Assembly: GCA_002471805.1 (NCBI GenBank)
Contig: DKQR01000066.1
Span: forward strand, 1 to 38,514
Direction of reading: 5' to 3'
Origin: Fidelibacterota bacterium UBA7303
Lineage (GTDB): Bacteria; Fidelibacterota; Marinisomatia; Marinisomatales; UBA1611
Length of the DNA stretch: 38,514 nucleotides
The notes below the pieces were generated by a model. It did no database searches, was not told where the DNA came from, and was given only the letters and a program-made list of their open reading frames with translations. The position numbers were made by a program, and so were the translations under genes. Positions 9,100 through 18,082 of the stretch are shown here, piece by piece. The first letter of the stretch is position 1; every line of letters starts with the position of its first letter.

Positions 9100-10092
9100 A
9101 TGTCAAGACCAGTAACATTATGCACAGGACAGTGGGCGGATTTGCCTGTAACCGTTCTGGCAGAAAAAGCATCATCTTGGGGTTATGATGGACTTGAACT
9201 TGCTTGTTGGGGCGATCACATGGACGTTGAAAAAGCCGCATCTGATCTCAATTATTGTGAAGAGCATCTTGAAAAATTAGCGAAGCACAATTTGAACGTT
9301 TATGCCATCAGTAATCATTTGGCAGGACAATTGGTTTGTGACCCGAATAATGATTCCCGCTCCGATTTATTTGCGCCAGATGATTGCGCAGGTGATGCAG
9401 AGAAAAAACGAGCCTGGGCTGTGGACAACATGAAAAAAACAGCTATGGCTGCGAAAAATTTAGGTATTGATGTTGTCAACGGATTCACTGGATCACCCAT
9501 CTGGCATTATTTCTATAGTTTTCCGCCTGTATCCAAACAAATGATTGATGATGGCTTTGGATATTTTGCTGAAATGTGGAATCCAATTCTGGACGTATTT
9601 GATGAATGCAGAGTTAAGTTTGCCTTGGAAGTGCACCCCACAGAAATTGCTTTTGATATTGTAACTGCTGATCGTGCTTTGGAAACTCTCAATAGAAGGG
9701 AAGCTTTTGGGTTCAATTTTGATCCAAGCCATCTGCATTGGCAAATGATTGACCCCATTACATTCATAAATGAATTCAAGGATAGGATTTATCACTGTCA
9801 TATGAAAGATACGGCTTTACAACTCGATGGACGTACAGGGATTCTTGGTTCTCACTTGGATTTTGGGCATCCGGAACGAGGTTGGGATTTCAGATCGCTT
9901 GGACGCGGAGATATCAATTTTGAAGATATTATCCGCACTTTTAATCATATTGGGTATAGTGGCCCATTATCCGTTGAGTGGGAAGACACAGGAATGGACC
10001 GTGAACACGGTGCGGCCGAAGCATGTGATTTTGTAAAACAATTGGACTTTCAACGATCAGAAGTAGCTTTTGATGCTGCTTTTGAAGAATAG
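9100..10092 (+). CDS. Sugar phosphate isomerase/epimerase (xylose-isomerase-like TIM barrel)
   Basis: This is a 330-aa ORF with the Shine-Dalgarno-like GGGAGA at 9088-9093. The segments GYDGLELACWGDH, ALEVHPTEIAFD, FNFDPSHLHWQ and SVEWED are typical metal-site strands of the AP_endonuc_2 / xylose-isomerase-like fold. Confidence 0.8.
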   Translation: MSRPVTLCTGQWADLPVTVLAEKASSWGYDGLELACWGDHMDVEKAASDLNYCEEHLEKLAKHNLNVYAISNHLAGQLVCDPNNDSRSDLFAPDDCAGDAEKKRAWAVDNMKKTAMAAKNLGIDVVNGFTGSPIWHYFYSFPPVSKQMIDDGFGYFAEMWNPILDVFDECRVKFALEVHPTEIAFDIVTADRALETLNRREAFGFNFDPSHLHWQMIDPITFINEFKDRIYHCHMKDTALQLDGRTGILGSHLDFGHPERGWDFRSLGRGDINFEDIIRTFNHIGYSGPLSVEWEDTGMDREHGAAEACDFVKQLDFQRSEVAFDAAFEE

Positions 10093-10101
10093 GGGCCAAT
10101 T

Positions 10102-11667
10102 ATGAATACTCATCAATCCCAGATCAATTCAAAATGGCTATTTAAAGCAAGTTTTATTGCTCTAATCGCAACATCATTTGCATTTGTGACACGTTTTGCT
10201 GTTCTAGCCGATTGGGGAAGACAGTTTAATTTGAGTAGTACGCAAATGGGAGAAATTGGCGGCGCCGGTGTTTGGCCATTTGCCATTAGCATTATTCTTT
10301 TCAGTTTGGTTGTTGACCGAATCGGATATGGAACGGCTATGGTATTTGCATTCATATGCCATATCGCATATGGTGTTATGGCTGTATTCTGGGCGCCGAA
10401 TGCAAACCCTGATCAAGCCTACGCTATTCTTTTCGGGGCCAGTGTTATTCTTGCGTTGGGGAATGGCACTGTAGAAGCAGTGATTAATCCAGTTGTGGCT
10501 ACGATGTTTGACCGAGACAAAACAAAGTGGTTGAATATTCTCCATGCCGGATGGCCCGCAGGTCTTGTGGGAGCCGGACTCATGACTATGGCTATGGGTG
10601 GAGCAGATTGGCGATATAAGGTTGGTTTGATCTTTATTCCAACTTTGGTCTATGGCGTCATGATATATAAACAAAAGTGGCCAGTACAGGAACGTGTTGC
10701 TGCAGGGGTTTCTTATATGGAAATGTTAAGGGAGTTTGGTATTCTCGCATCACTCCTGGTCATCCCCATTATCATACGCCAGATTGCAGTGGTATTCAAT
10801 CTACCATTGTCCACTGAAATCATTCTGGATGTGGCATTAATATTTGCTTTTTCCTATTCGATTTGGCCGGAAAAAGAAACCATTACACAATCGAAATTGT
10901 CCAGCTCCCTGGGAAGTCCAATGCTTTTTATTCTAATGTTAATTATGATGCCCTTGGCGACCACGGAAATTGGAACCGATGGCTGGATTACAGCCCTAAT
11001 GGAAAAAGCCATGGGTGATATTGGATTACCTGCTGTTACTGTTTTGGTGTATACCTCGGCAATTATGATGGTTCTACGGTTTTATGCTGGTCCTATTATT
11101 CATCGATTTAAACCGCTTGGGTTGTTAATAATTAGTTCCGGTGTGGCAGCAGTTGGTTTATTTCTATTATCTAAAAGCACAGGAATGACCATTTTATTTG
11201 TGGCAACATTTTATGGATTAGGGAAAACATTTTTCTGGCCAACTATGTTAGGCGTCGTGTCAGAACAGTGCCCCAAAGGTGGAGCATTGACCTTAAATGC
11301 CATTGGTGGTATGGGCATGCTGGCGGTTGGTGTTCTTGGAATGCCGTTCATTGGTTCACTGCAGGATAATGCTTCTTCTGAATTGCTGATGGAAAAAAAT
11401 CCTACCATTTATTCTCAAATTGTAGTGGAAAAGGATGGAATCTTTGGAGAATACAACGCAATTGACCAAGATAAAAAAACTGAGCTCAGTAACGAGAATC
11501 AATCAACAGTTAATATGATCGTTGATGAAGCCCGTCATGGTGCTTTGGCTTATATGGCTATCTTTCCTGTTATCATGCTTTTCAGTTACCTTGGTTTGAA
11601 TTTTTATTTTAAGTCTAAAGGGGGCTATGAACAAATAATCCTTAAGACAAATCAAGCCAATCCTTAA
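10102..11667 (+). CDS. MFS-type transporter (substrate unknown)
   Basis: This is a 521-aa protein with many hydrophobic helices on either side of a central loop. It sits inside the sugar-oxidation cluster. The family call is by overall architecture only. Confidence 0.6.
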   Translation: MNTHQSQINSKWLFKASFIALIATSFAFVTRFAVLADWGRQFNLSSTQMGEIGGAGVWPFAISIILFSLVVDRIGYGTAMVFAFICHIAYGVMAVFWAPNANPDQAYAILFGASVILALGNGTVEAVINPVVATMFDRDKTKWLNILHAGWPAGLVGAGLMTMAMGGADWRYKVGLIFIPTLVYGVMIYKQKWPVQERVAAGVSYMEMLREFGILASLLVIPIIIRQIAVVFNLPLSTEIILDVALIFAFSYSIWPEKETITQSKLSSSLGSPMLFILMLIMMPLATTEIGTDGWITALMEKAMGDIGLPAVTVLVYTSAIMMVLRFYAGPIIHRFKPLGLLIISSGVAAVGLFLLSKSTGMTILFVATFYGLGKTFFWPTMLGVVSEQCPKGGALTLNAIGGMGMLAVGVLGMPFIGSLQDNASSELLMEKNPTIYSQIVVEKDGIFGEYNAIDQDKKTELSNENQSTVNMIVDEARHGALAYMAIFPVIMLFSYLGLNFYFKSKGGYEQIILKTNQANP

Positions 11668-11682
11668 ACGACAGTTGACAGA

Positions 11683-12960
11683 TTGATTTCATATTTGGAA
11701 AAAACAGAATACTATTTACAAAACAACCTAATCCCCTTTTGGGCTAACAGGGTTGTAGAAAAAAAATATGGTGGATTTCAGACCAATTTTGACCGAAATG
11801 GAATCAGGACCAATGTCACCGAAAAATCATTTTTAGCCCAATGCCGCAGTCTTTTTACCATTTCTCATACAGTTCGATCTGGATATACTTGGCCAAATCA
11901 TGAACAAGCATTGGCCCAGGGGATTAAATTTCTTTTCAAATATTACCAGGACAAAAAGTACGGTGGCTATTACTGGATTGTGAATGAGGATGGATCTGTT
12001 CTTGATGATAATAAGATAATTTACGGTCACGCATTTCTCATTTATGGATTATCGGAGTTTGCATTATTAACCGGTGACGAGTCTGTAAAAACTGAAGCTA
12101 TCCGTGTGTTTGACTTTTTACAGAATAAAATAAAAGATCAAGAATATGGTGGCTATTTTGAACACTTCAATCGCCAATTTGAACCCATTAAAGCGCGAAA
12201 AGATATAGGCGTTTTTAAATCATTGGATGTGCACATGCATCTTATGGAAGCATTTACAACGTTATATGAATTAACGGGCGATGAAAAGCATCGGTTGGCC
12301 CTCGAAGAAATAAATACCCTTATTATTAATAAAATGATTCATAAGGAGACAGGAACGGGTATTTCCATGTTTACGCAAGATTGGTCCCCGATCGCAAATG
12401 TTGAATTGGAGACGGTTTGGGGCGCGGATCGTTTTGATGAAAATGGTAAATCCATTGATATTACGTCTTATGGCCATAATATTGAATTGACCTGGTTGTA
12501 TCTCCTTTCTCAAGATGTGCTTAAAATCCCCCGTGAGAAAAGCTGGGGTAAAATGGTGAAAATATATGAACATACTTACCAGAATGGGATCGATTGGATA
12601 AACGGTGGTTTATTTGTTGAAGGTGAAAAAAAAGGATCCGCCACTGAAACAAATAAAGAATTCTGGCAACAAGCCGAGGGAATGGTTGGATTTTTAGATG
12701 CCTATTTAATGACGGATGATGAAAAATATTTAGATGCTTTTAAAAATATCCACGATTTTGTATTTGAAAAAATGATCAACTGGGAACAAGGGGAATGGTT
12801 TGCTCTATTGGATCAAAAAGGAAACGTTATATGGGATTATATGGGGACCAGTTGGAAAACATTATACCATACCGTTCGAGGCATGTGTGAAATATCCAAC
12901 CGATTACGGAAAATCATTATAGAATTAAAAAACAAATCATTAGATAAAGTGATGGCATAA
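11683..12960 (+). CDS. AGE-family epimerase/isomerase (N-acylglucosamine 2-epimerase / cellobiose 2-epimerase / YihS-like)
   Basis: This is a 425-aa ORF with a TTG start at 11683. There is no upstream in-frame ATG and the next ATG codon in frame lies far downstream (HMHLMEAF). The N-terminus LIPFWANRVVEKKYGGFQTNFDRNG and the repeated YGGY/YGHAF/GGLF motifs are characteristic of the (alpha/alpha)6 AGE fold. Confidence 0.75.
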   Translation: MISYLEKTEYYLQNNLIPFWANRVVEKKYGGFQTNFDRNGIRTNVTEKSFLAQCRSLFTISHTVRSGYTWPNHEQALAQGIKFLFKYYQDKKYGGYYWIVNEDGSVLDDNKIIYGHAFLIYGLSEFALLTGDESVKTEAIRVFDFLQNKIKDQEYGGYFEHFNRQFEPIKARKDIGVFKSLDVHMHLMEAFTTLYELTGDEKHRLALEEINTLIINKMIHKETGTGISMFTQDWSPIANVELETVWGADRFDENGKSIDITSYGHNIELTWLYLLSQDVLKIPREKSWGKMVKIYEHTYQNGIDWINGGLFVEGEKKGSATETNKEFWQQAEGMVGFLDAYLMTDDEKYLDAFKNIHDFVFEKMINWEQGEWFALLDQKGNVIWDYMGTSWKTLYHTVRGMCEISNRLRKIIIELKNKSLDKVMA

Positions 12961-12976
12961 AAAACAGGAGAACATC

Positions 12977-14380
12977 ATGGAAGAACTCATAAAGAAAAAT
13001 GAAAAAAGTAGTCAAAGAATATCAAGAAGAGATTTTATAACCAAATCGTCTGCTGCCGCAGCCGCCTTTATGATTGTGCCGCGATATGTTTTGGGTGGAC
13101 CAGGTTATACCGCTCCAAGTGACAAAATTAATATAGCAGCCATCGGAGTTGGCGGTAAGGGAAGATCAGACATTGCTGCTGTCGCTACGGAAAATATCGT
13201 ATCCCTATGTGATGTGGATGAAGTAAAAATGTTTGATACAATAAAACGTGCCGGCGAATGGGCAGAAGAAAAAGGGTTGTCCGAAAATCCATTGACGAAA
13301 GTGCCGAGATACAAAGATTTTCGTGAAATGTTAGATAAACAAAAAGATATTGATGCAGTAACTGTCAGTACACCTGATCACTTCCATGCAGTCGCCGCCA
13401 TCACGGCTATCAAACAGGGGAAACATGCATTTGTCCAGAAGCCACTTACCTATTCTGTAGATGAAGCTAAAAAATTAAGCGCTGCTGCAAAAAAAGCCGG
13501 TGTTGTCACTCAGATGGGAAACCAAGGCCATGCAGGCGAAGGAATTCGACTCATTGGCGAATGGCTTAAAGATGATGCTATCGGTGAAGTTCGGGAAGTG
13601 CATTGCTGGACAAATAGACCAATTTGGGATACAGGCATGAATCGTCCTGCAGAAATACCATCTGTTCCACCCACATTGGATTGGGATCAATGGATTGGGC
13701 CTGCGCCTTTCAGACCTTATCATCCTGACTATGCACCATGGAGTTGGAGAGCATGGTGCGACTTTGGGACTGGTGCGTTAGGTGATATGGGTGCTCATAT
13801 TTTTGATATTCCCTATCACACATTAAAAATGGATCACCCCACATCTGTTTTTGCCAGTTCATCCAAATTTAATGGAGAATCTTGGCCGGTAGCATCCACC
13901 ATATATTACGAATTCCCACAACGGGGCTCACTACCCCCTGTAAAATTGACTTGGTACGATGGCGGCATCATGCCGCCTCGACCTGAAGGGATCGAACCGG
14001 GAAGACGCATGGGCGATGGCGATGGCGGTATCATGTTCTATGGTGATAAAGGAATGATTATGTGCGGTTGCTATGGTAGAAACCCAAGATTGGTTCCGGA
14101 AACAAGTATGAAGGAATATCAACGTCCGCCAAAAACACTGTCCAGATCTCCGGGAATACATGAGGAATGGGTCCAGTGCATTAAGGAAAGCAAGCAAGCC
14201 TCATCAAATTTTGATTATGCCGCCAGATTAACCAGCACTATGTTGTTGGGAAATATTGCCATCCGCATGGCGCCGAAAAGTACCAAATTAGAATGGGATG
14301 GAATAGCAGGTAAATTCACCAATATGGATGAAGCCAATGATTATCTTGGCCGTGAATATCGCGACGGCTGGAATTTGTAA
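12977..14380 (+). CDS. TAT-exported Gfo/Idh/MocA-family oxidoreductase (paralogue 1)
   Basis: This is a 467-aa ORF with the Shine-Dalgarno-like AGGAGA at 12966-12971. The twin-arginine signal is SRRDFITKSSAAAAAF, with the RR codons at 13025-13030. The Rossmann motif is IAAIGVGGKG and the family motif is FVQKPLT. Confidence 0.85.
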   Translation: MEELIKKNEKSSQRISRRDFITKSSAAAAAFMIVPRYVLGGPGYTAPSDKINIAAIGVGGKGRSDIAAVATENIVSLCDVDEVKMFDTIKRAGEWAEEKGLSENPLTKVPRYKDFREMLDKQKDIDAVTVSTPDHFHAVAAITAIKQGKHAFVQKPLTYSVDEAKKLSAAAKKAGVVTQMGNQGHAGEGIRLIGEWLKDDAIGEVREVHCWTNRPIWDTGMNRPAEIPSVPPTLDWDQWIGPAPFRPYHPDYAPWSWRAWCDFGTGALGDMGAHIFDIPYHTLKMDHPTSVFASSSKFNGESWPVASTIYYEFPQRGSLPPVKLTWYDGGIMPPRPEGIEPGRRMGDGDGGIMFYGDKGMIMCGCYGRNPRLVPETSMKEYQRPPKTLSRSPGIHEEWVQCIKESKQASSNFDYAARLTSTMLLGNIAIRMAPKSTKLEWDGIAGKFTNMDEANDYLGREYRDGWNL

Positions 14381-14400
14381 TACTAAAAAAAGGGTATACG

Positions 14401-15009
14401 ATGAATAATAAATATTTATTTGGTTTGATTGCAGCGATTGCAGTTGCGTTTGCTGCAAAAATGATGAATGCTCCATCTGGAAATGGTTGGATCTCATTGT
14501 TCAACGGGAAAGATCTAACAGGCTGGCGCGCCAGTGAAAGTGGAGATTTTCGTGTTGAAGATAGCGCCATTGTTGTGCGGGGGAAAAGGGCTCATTTATT
14601 TTCAGAAAAAGAATTCCAGAATTTTGAATTCAAATGTGAAATCATGACCCAATACGGCAGTAATTCCGGTCTATATTTTCATACCCAGTATGAAGAATCC
14701 TGGCCCAGTCGTGGGTATGAAGTCCAGGTGAATACGTCCCATGGAGATCCGGTGAAAAATGGCAGCCTTTGGGGTGTGGTGAGATCTTTTGACCCCATTG
14801 TCAAGGACAATGAATGGTTCACGCTGGAAGTCAAAGTGGATGGTAAACATGTGGTGACCAAAGTGAATGGGAAAGTTGTGGTGGATTATAATGAGTTAGA
14901 GGGTGTTACCGCTGGCCGGAGAATCGATAAAGGGTCCTTTGCGATCCAGGCTCATGATCCCAAAAGCGTTGTGCGTTACAGAAATATTATGGTTAAACCA
15001 TTTAATTAG
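14401..15009 (+). CDS. DUF1080 (3-keto-disaccharide hydrolase, PF06439-like) secreted protein
   Basis: This is a 202-aa ORF with the signal peptide MNNKYLFGLIAAIAVAFAAK. The segments GWISLFNGKDLTGWRA, FEFKCEIM..GSNSGLYFH, LEVKVDGKHVVTKVNGKVV and FAIQAHD match the DUF1080 concanavalin-like pattern. Confidence 0.8.
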   Translation: MNNKYLFGLIAAIAVAFAAKMMNAPSGNGWISLFNGKDLTGWRASESGDFRVEDSAIVVRGKRAHLFSEKEFQNFEFKCEIMTQYGSNSGLYFHTQYEESWPSRGYEVQVNTSHGDPVKNGSLWGVVRSFDPIVKDNEWFTLEVKVDGKHVVTKVNGKVVVDYNELEGVTAGRRIDKGSFAIQAHDPKSVVRYRNIMVKPFN

Positions 15010-15065
15010 TCGGCAATGAATACATCTGTGGTATCTAATTTCAAGATTCTAAAATTGGATATAAA

Positions 15066-16430
15066 TTGAACGAAAATGAGACAATTATGAATAAGAAAAA
15101 GGAAGACAAAATAACTCGAAGAGAATTTATGGGAAAAGCTGCTGCTACTGCTGCAGCATTTACCATTGTACCGCGCTACGTTTTGGGGGGGACCGAATAC
15201 ACTGCTCCAAGTGATAAACTGAATATTGCATGTGTGGGGATTGGCGGGAAAGGACATTCAGATGTGCATGGTGTAAGTTCTGAAAATATTTATGCACTGT
15301 GCGATGTTGATGATGTAAAAGCTGCAGAAACCTACAGGGATTTTCCTAAAGCAAAACGCTATACAGATTTCCGTAAAATGCTGGAAAAAGAAAAGGAAAT
15401 TGATGCTGTTACTGTTACTACGCCAGATCACAATCATGCTGTGGTTGCCATTGCAGCCATGGATCTGGGGAAGCATGTTTATGTGCAAAAACCTTTAACA
15501 CATACTGTAGAAGAAGCAAGGAAACTGGCAGAAAAAGCCAAAGAATATAATTTGGTAACACAGATGGGAAACCAAGGGCATGCCGGTGAAGGCGGACGGT
15601 TGATCAATGAATGGATTTGGGATGGTGCCATTGGTGATGTTTATGAAGTCCATGTCTGGACGAACCGACCCATTTGGCCACAGGGAATTATCAGACCCGA
15701 GACGATACCATCTGTTCCGTCTTCCTTAGACTGGAATCAATGGCTGGGACCGGCAAAGTGGAGACCTTATCACCCCGCTTATGCTCCTTTTGTCTGGCGA
15801 GGGTGGCTGGATTTTGGTACAGGTGCCCTGGGTGATATGGGAGCCCATTTAATTGATCATCCTTACTGGGCATTAAAGATGGAATATCCCGATACTGTGC
15901 AGGCAAGCTCCAGTCCGATTAACGATGAAACCTATCCAAACGCATCCATAGTAACATATGAATTTCCAGCAAGAGATAAGATGCCGCCAGTAAAAATGAT
16001 TTGGTACGATGGTGGATTAACACCACCCAGGCCCAAAGAGCTGGAACCGGGCCGGAAAATGGGCGATGGCGGGGGAGGAGTTTTGTTTGTGGGAACAAAG
16101 GGGAAAATGATGTGCAGTACATATGGGAATAATCCCCGTATCATTCCGGAAACAAAAATGAAAGAATACAAGAGACCTCCAAAATCCATACCAAGATCTT
16201 CTGGAATTAGGGAAGAATGGATTGAAGCCATAAAAGGCGGACCTGCAACCACATCCAATTTTGAATATGCATCAAAATTGACTGAAACTATGCTACTTGG
16301 ATGTATCGCATTACGGGTCGCTGACAAACGAACCATTCTCGAATGGGACGGGAATAAGGGACAGTTTACCAATTTGGATGAAGCCAATGCCTTCTTGCAT
16401 AAAGAATACAGGGATGGCTGGACACTTTAA
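15066..16430 (+). CDS. TAT-exported Gfo/Idh/MocA-family oxidoreductase (paralogue 2)
   Basis: The track ORF begins at TTG 15066. ATG 15087 ([25 protein letters not shown]) is an equally plausible start. The protein has a twin-arginine motif (TRREFMGK) and is collinear with the 12977-14380 product along its whole length. Confidence 0.85.
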   Translation: MNENETIMNKKKEDKITRREFMGKAAATAAAFTIVPRYVLGGTEYTAPSDKLNIACVGIGGKGHSDVHGVSSENIYALCDVDDVKAAETYRDFPKAKRYTDFRKMLEKEKEIDAVTVTTPDHNHAVVAIAAMDLGKHVYVQKPLTHTVEEARKLAEKAKEYNLVTQMGNQGHAGEGGRLINEWIWDGAIGDVYEVHVWTNRPIWPQGIIRPETIPSVPSSLDWNQWLGPAKWRPYHPAYAPFVWRGWLDFGTGALGDMGAHLIDHPYWALKMEYPDTVQASSSPINDETYPNASIVTYEFPARDKMPPVKMIWYDGGLTPPRPKELEPGRKMGDGGGGVLFVGTKGKMMCSTYGNNPRIIPETKMKEYKRPPKSIPRSSGIREEWIEAIKGGPATTSNFEYASKLTETMLLGCIALRVADKRTILEWDGNKGQFTNLDEANAFLHKEYRDGWTL

Positions 16431-16439
16431 AGGATAATT

Positions 16440-17786
16440 GTGGTTCAAAATAAAAACGCCAAAGTAATAAACCGGCGACAATTTATTAAAACCAGTACAG
16501 CTGCAGGGGCCAGTCTCATTTTGGCGCCTCATGTACTTAAAGGTGCTAAATCCTTTGGCGTAGATGACATTAATGTGGCATTATTAGGTGCTGGTGCCCA
16601 AGGACAAGTACTCATGAATGCCTGCCTGAAAATCCCGGGAATTCGGTTCAAAGCTGTCTGCGATATCTGGAAAGAATATAACCAGAAGCGGGTTTATCGT
16701 TTGTTGGGGAAATATGGTCATAAGTTGAATGCCTATGAAGATTATAGGGAAATGCTGGCAAATGAAAAAGATCTTGATGCTGTTATTGTAGCAACGCCTG
16801 ATTTCTGGCATGCAGAACATGCCACTGCCTGTCTCGAAGCGGGGCTGAATGTATATTGTGAAAAGGAAATGTCCAATACGCTTGAAGGAGCAAAGCAAAT
16901 TGTTCGGGCCGCGAAAAAAAGCGGGAAACTATTACAGGTTGGGCATCAACGGCGAAGCAATCCGCGATACATCCACTGTTATGAAAAATTAATCAAGGAA
17001 GCAAAAATATTAGGACATATTACAACGATTAACGGTCAGTGGAATCGCGCGGTGCAGCCCGATTTGGGCTGGCCGGAAAAATATGCCATTCCCCAACCTA
17101 GATTAGAACAATATGGTTTTCAATCCATGGCACAATTCAGAAACTGGCGTTGGTATAAAGGGTTCGGCGGCGGACCCATCGTTGATTTGGGTTCACACCA
17201 AATTGATATATTCAGTTGGTTTTTGGATGCGGTTCCATTATCCGTAATGGCATCCGGCGGCACCGATTATTATGATTCTCAAACTCATGAATGGTATGAT
17301 ACAGTCATGGCCATGTTTGAATACGATACACCAAAGGGATTGGTTCGTGCTTTTTACCAAACTATTACGACCAACAGCAATATGGGATATTTCGAAAATT
17401 TTATGGGTGACCAGGGTACATTGCAAATATCAGAATCAGCCGGTCGTGCAGGTATTTACCGGGAACAATCAGCTCCTCTATGGGACAAATGGGTGGATAA
17501 AAGCTTCCTGAATGCCCCGGCAGAAGAAAAAATACCTAATGTCAACGGGGCGGTATTGGATGTACGGGAAACTGTTGCACCACCAAAGTATGAATTGCCG
17601 GTTACCTTCAACGACCCCTACCATAAACCTCATTTGGAAAATTTCTTTAATTCCATTCGGGGTACGGATACATTGAATTGTCCGGCTGAAGTGGGCTATG
17701 AAACGGCTGTTGCTGTATTAAAAGTAAATGAAGCCGTTGAAAAAGCATCGCTTGTTAAATATGATAGAAATGAGTTTACACTGTAA
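16440..17786 (+). CDS. TAT-exported Gfo/Idh/MocA-family oxidoreductase (third, more divergent)
   Basis: This is a 448-aa ORF with a GTG start at 16440. The twin-arginine signal is NRRQFIKTSTAAGASLILAP, the Rossmann motif is VALLGAGAQGQ and the family motif is YCEKEMS. Confidence 0.8.
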   Translation: MVQNKNAKVINRRQFIKTSTAAGASLILAPHVLKGAKSFGVDDINVALLGAGAQGQVLMNACLKIPGIRFKAVCDIWKEYNQKRVYRLLGKYGHKLNAYEDYREMLANEKDLDAVIVATPDFWHAEHATACLEAGLNVYCEKEMSNTLEGAKQIVRAAKKSGKLLQVGHQRRSNPRYIHCYEKLIKEAKILGHITTINGQWNRAVQPDLGWPEKYAIPQPRLEQYGFQSMAQFRNWRWYKGFGGGPIVDLGSHQIDIFSWFLDAVPLSVMASGGTDYYDSQTHEWYDTVMAMFEYDTPKGLVRAFYQTITTNSNMGYFENFMGDQGTLQISESAGRAGIYREQSAPLWDKWVDKSFLNAPAEEKIPNVNGAVLDVRETVAPPKYELPVTFNDPYHKPHLENFFNSIRGTDTLNCPAEVGYETAVAVLKVNEAVEKASLVKYDRNEFTL

Positions 17787-17999
17787 CTGATAAAATCAAA
17801 TTCATTATATATAAAACCCAAGGCCTTTAAACAATTTAGATTTACAATAGGAAATTTGTCTGAAAATTAATCCATTATTATTTAAACAAAAAATAAGTAC
17901 CGAGTGTTTATTGGTAGTTCAAAAACAGAAGAAGAAAAAAGAAACATAAAATTCCATAACCTTGATATGATAACTTCAGTTGATTACTATGTAAAATCT

Positions 18000-18047
18000 A
18001 AAACGGTACCCAATTTTGTAGGGTATCGAATACGCTCCGAGACCGTT
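18000..18047 (+). other. Possible RNA structure (terminator/attenuator-like) in the leader of the cytochrome operon
   Basis: AAACGGT (18000-18006) pairs perfectly with ACCGTTT (18041-18047), and TGTTG follows the stem, continuing its 3' T run as TTTTGTTG (18045-18052). An inner hairpin, GGTACCC (18004-18010) with GGGTATC (18020-18026), forms 7 bp including one G-U. It competes for bases 18004-18006. I assessed this by hand folding only. Confidence 0.2.
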
Positions 18048-18082
18048 TTGTTGAGTGATTTTCAATTTCATGAATAAGAATT

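Noticed and set aside
10113-10674. Antisense ORFs of 80 and 156 aa, plus a 72-aa sense-strand alternate-frame ORF (10256-10474), inside the MFS transporter gene.
   Set aside because: Their translations are compositionally odd (His, Cys, Ser and Asn runs) and show no start context. The sense frame encodes regular TM helices.
15932-16387. A 151-aa antisense ORF inside the second TAT-Gfo gene.
   Set aside because: The sense frame is strongly supported by its paralogy with 12977-14380. The antisense product has no motifs.
17820-17827. The AAGGCCTT palindrome just after the last Gfo gene, considered as a terminator.
   Set aside because: An 8-nt palindrome with no loop and no following T-run cannot form a meaningful hairpin.
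17998-18050. tRNA-like appearance: a 7-bp acceptor-like stem and a GTATCGAATAC T-loop-like hairpin.
   Set aside because: Only about 48 nt lie between and including the stems, which is too short for a tRNA. No D arm or anticodon arm can be drawn. I report it only as a possible leader structure.
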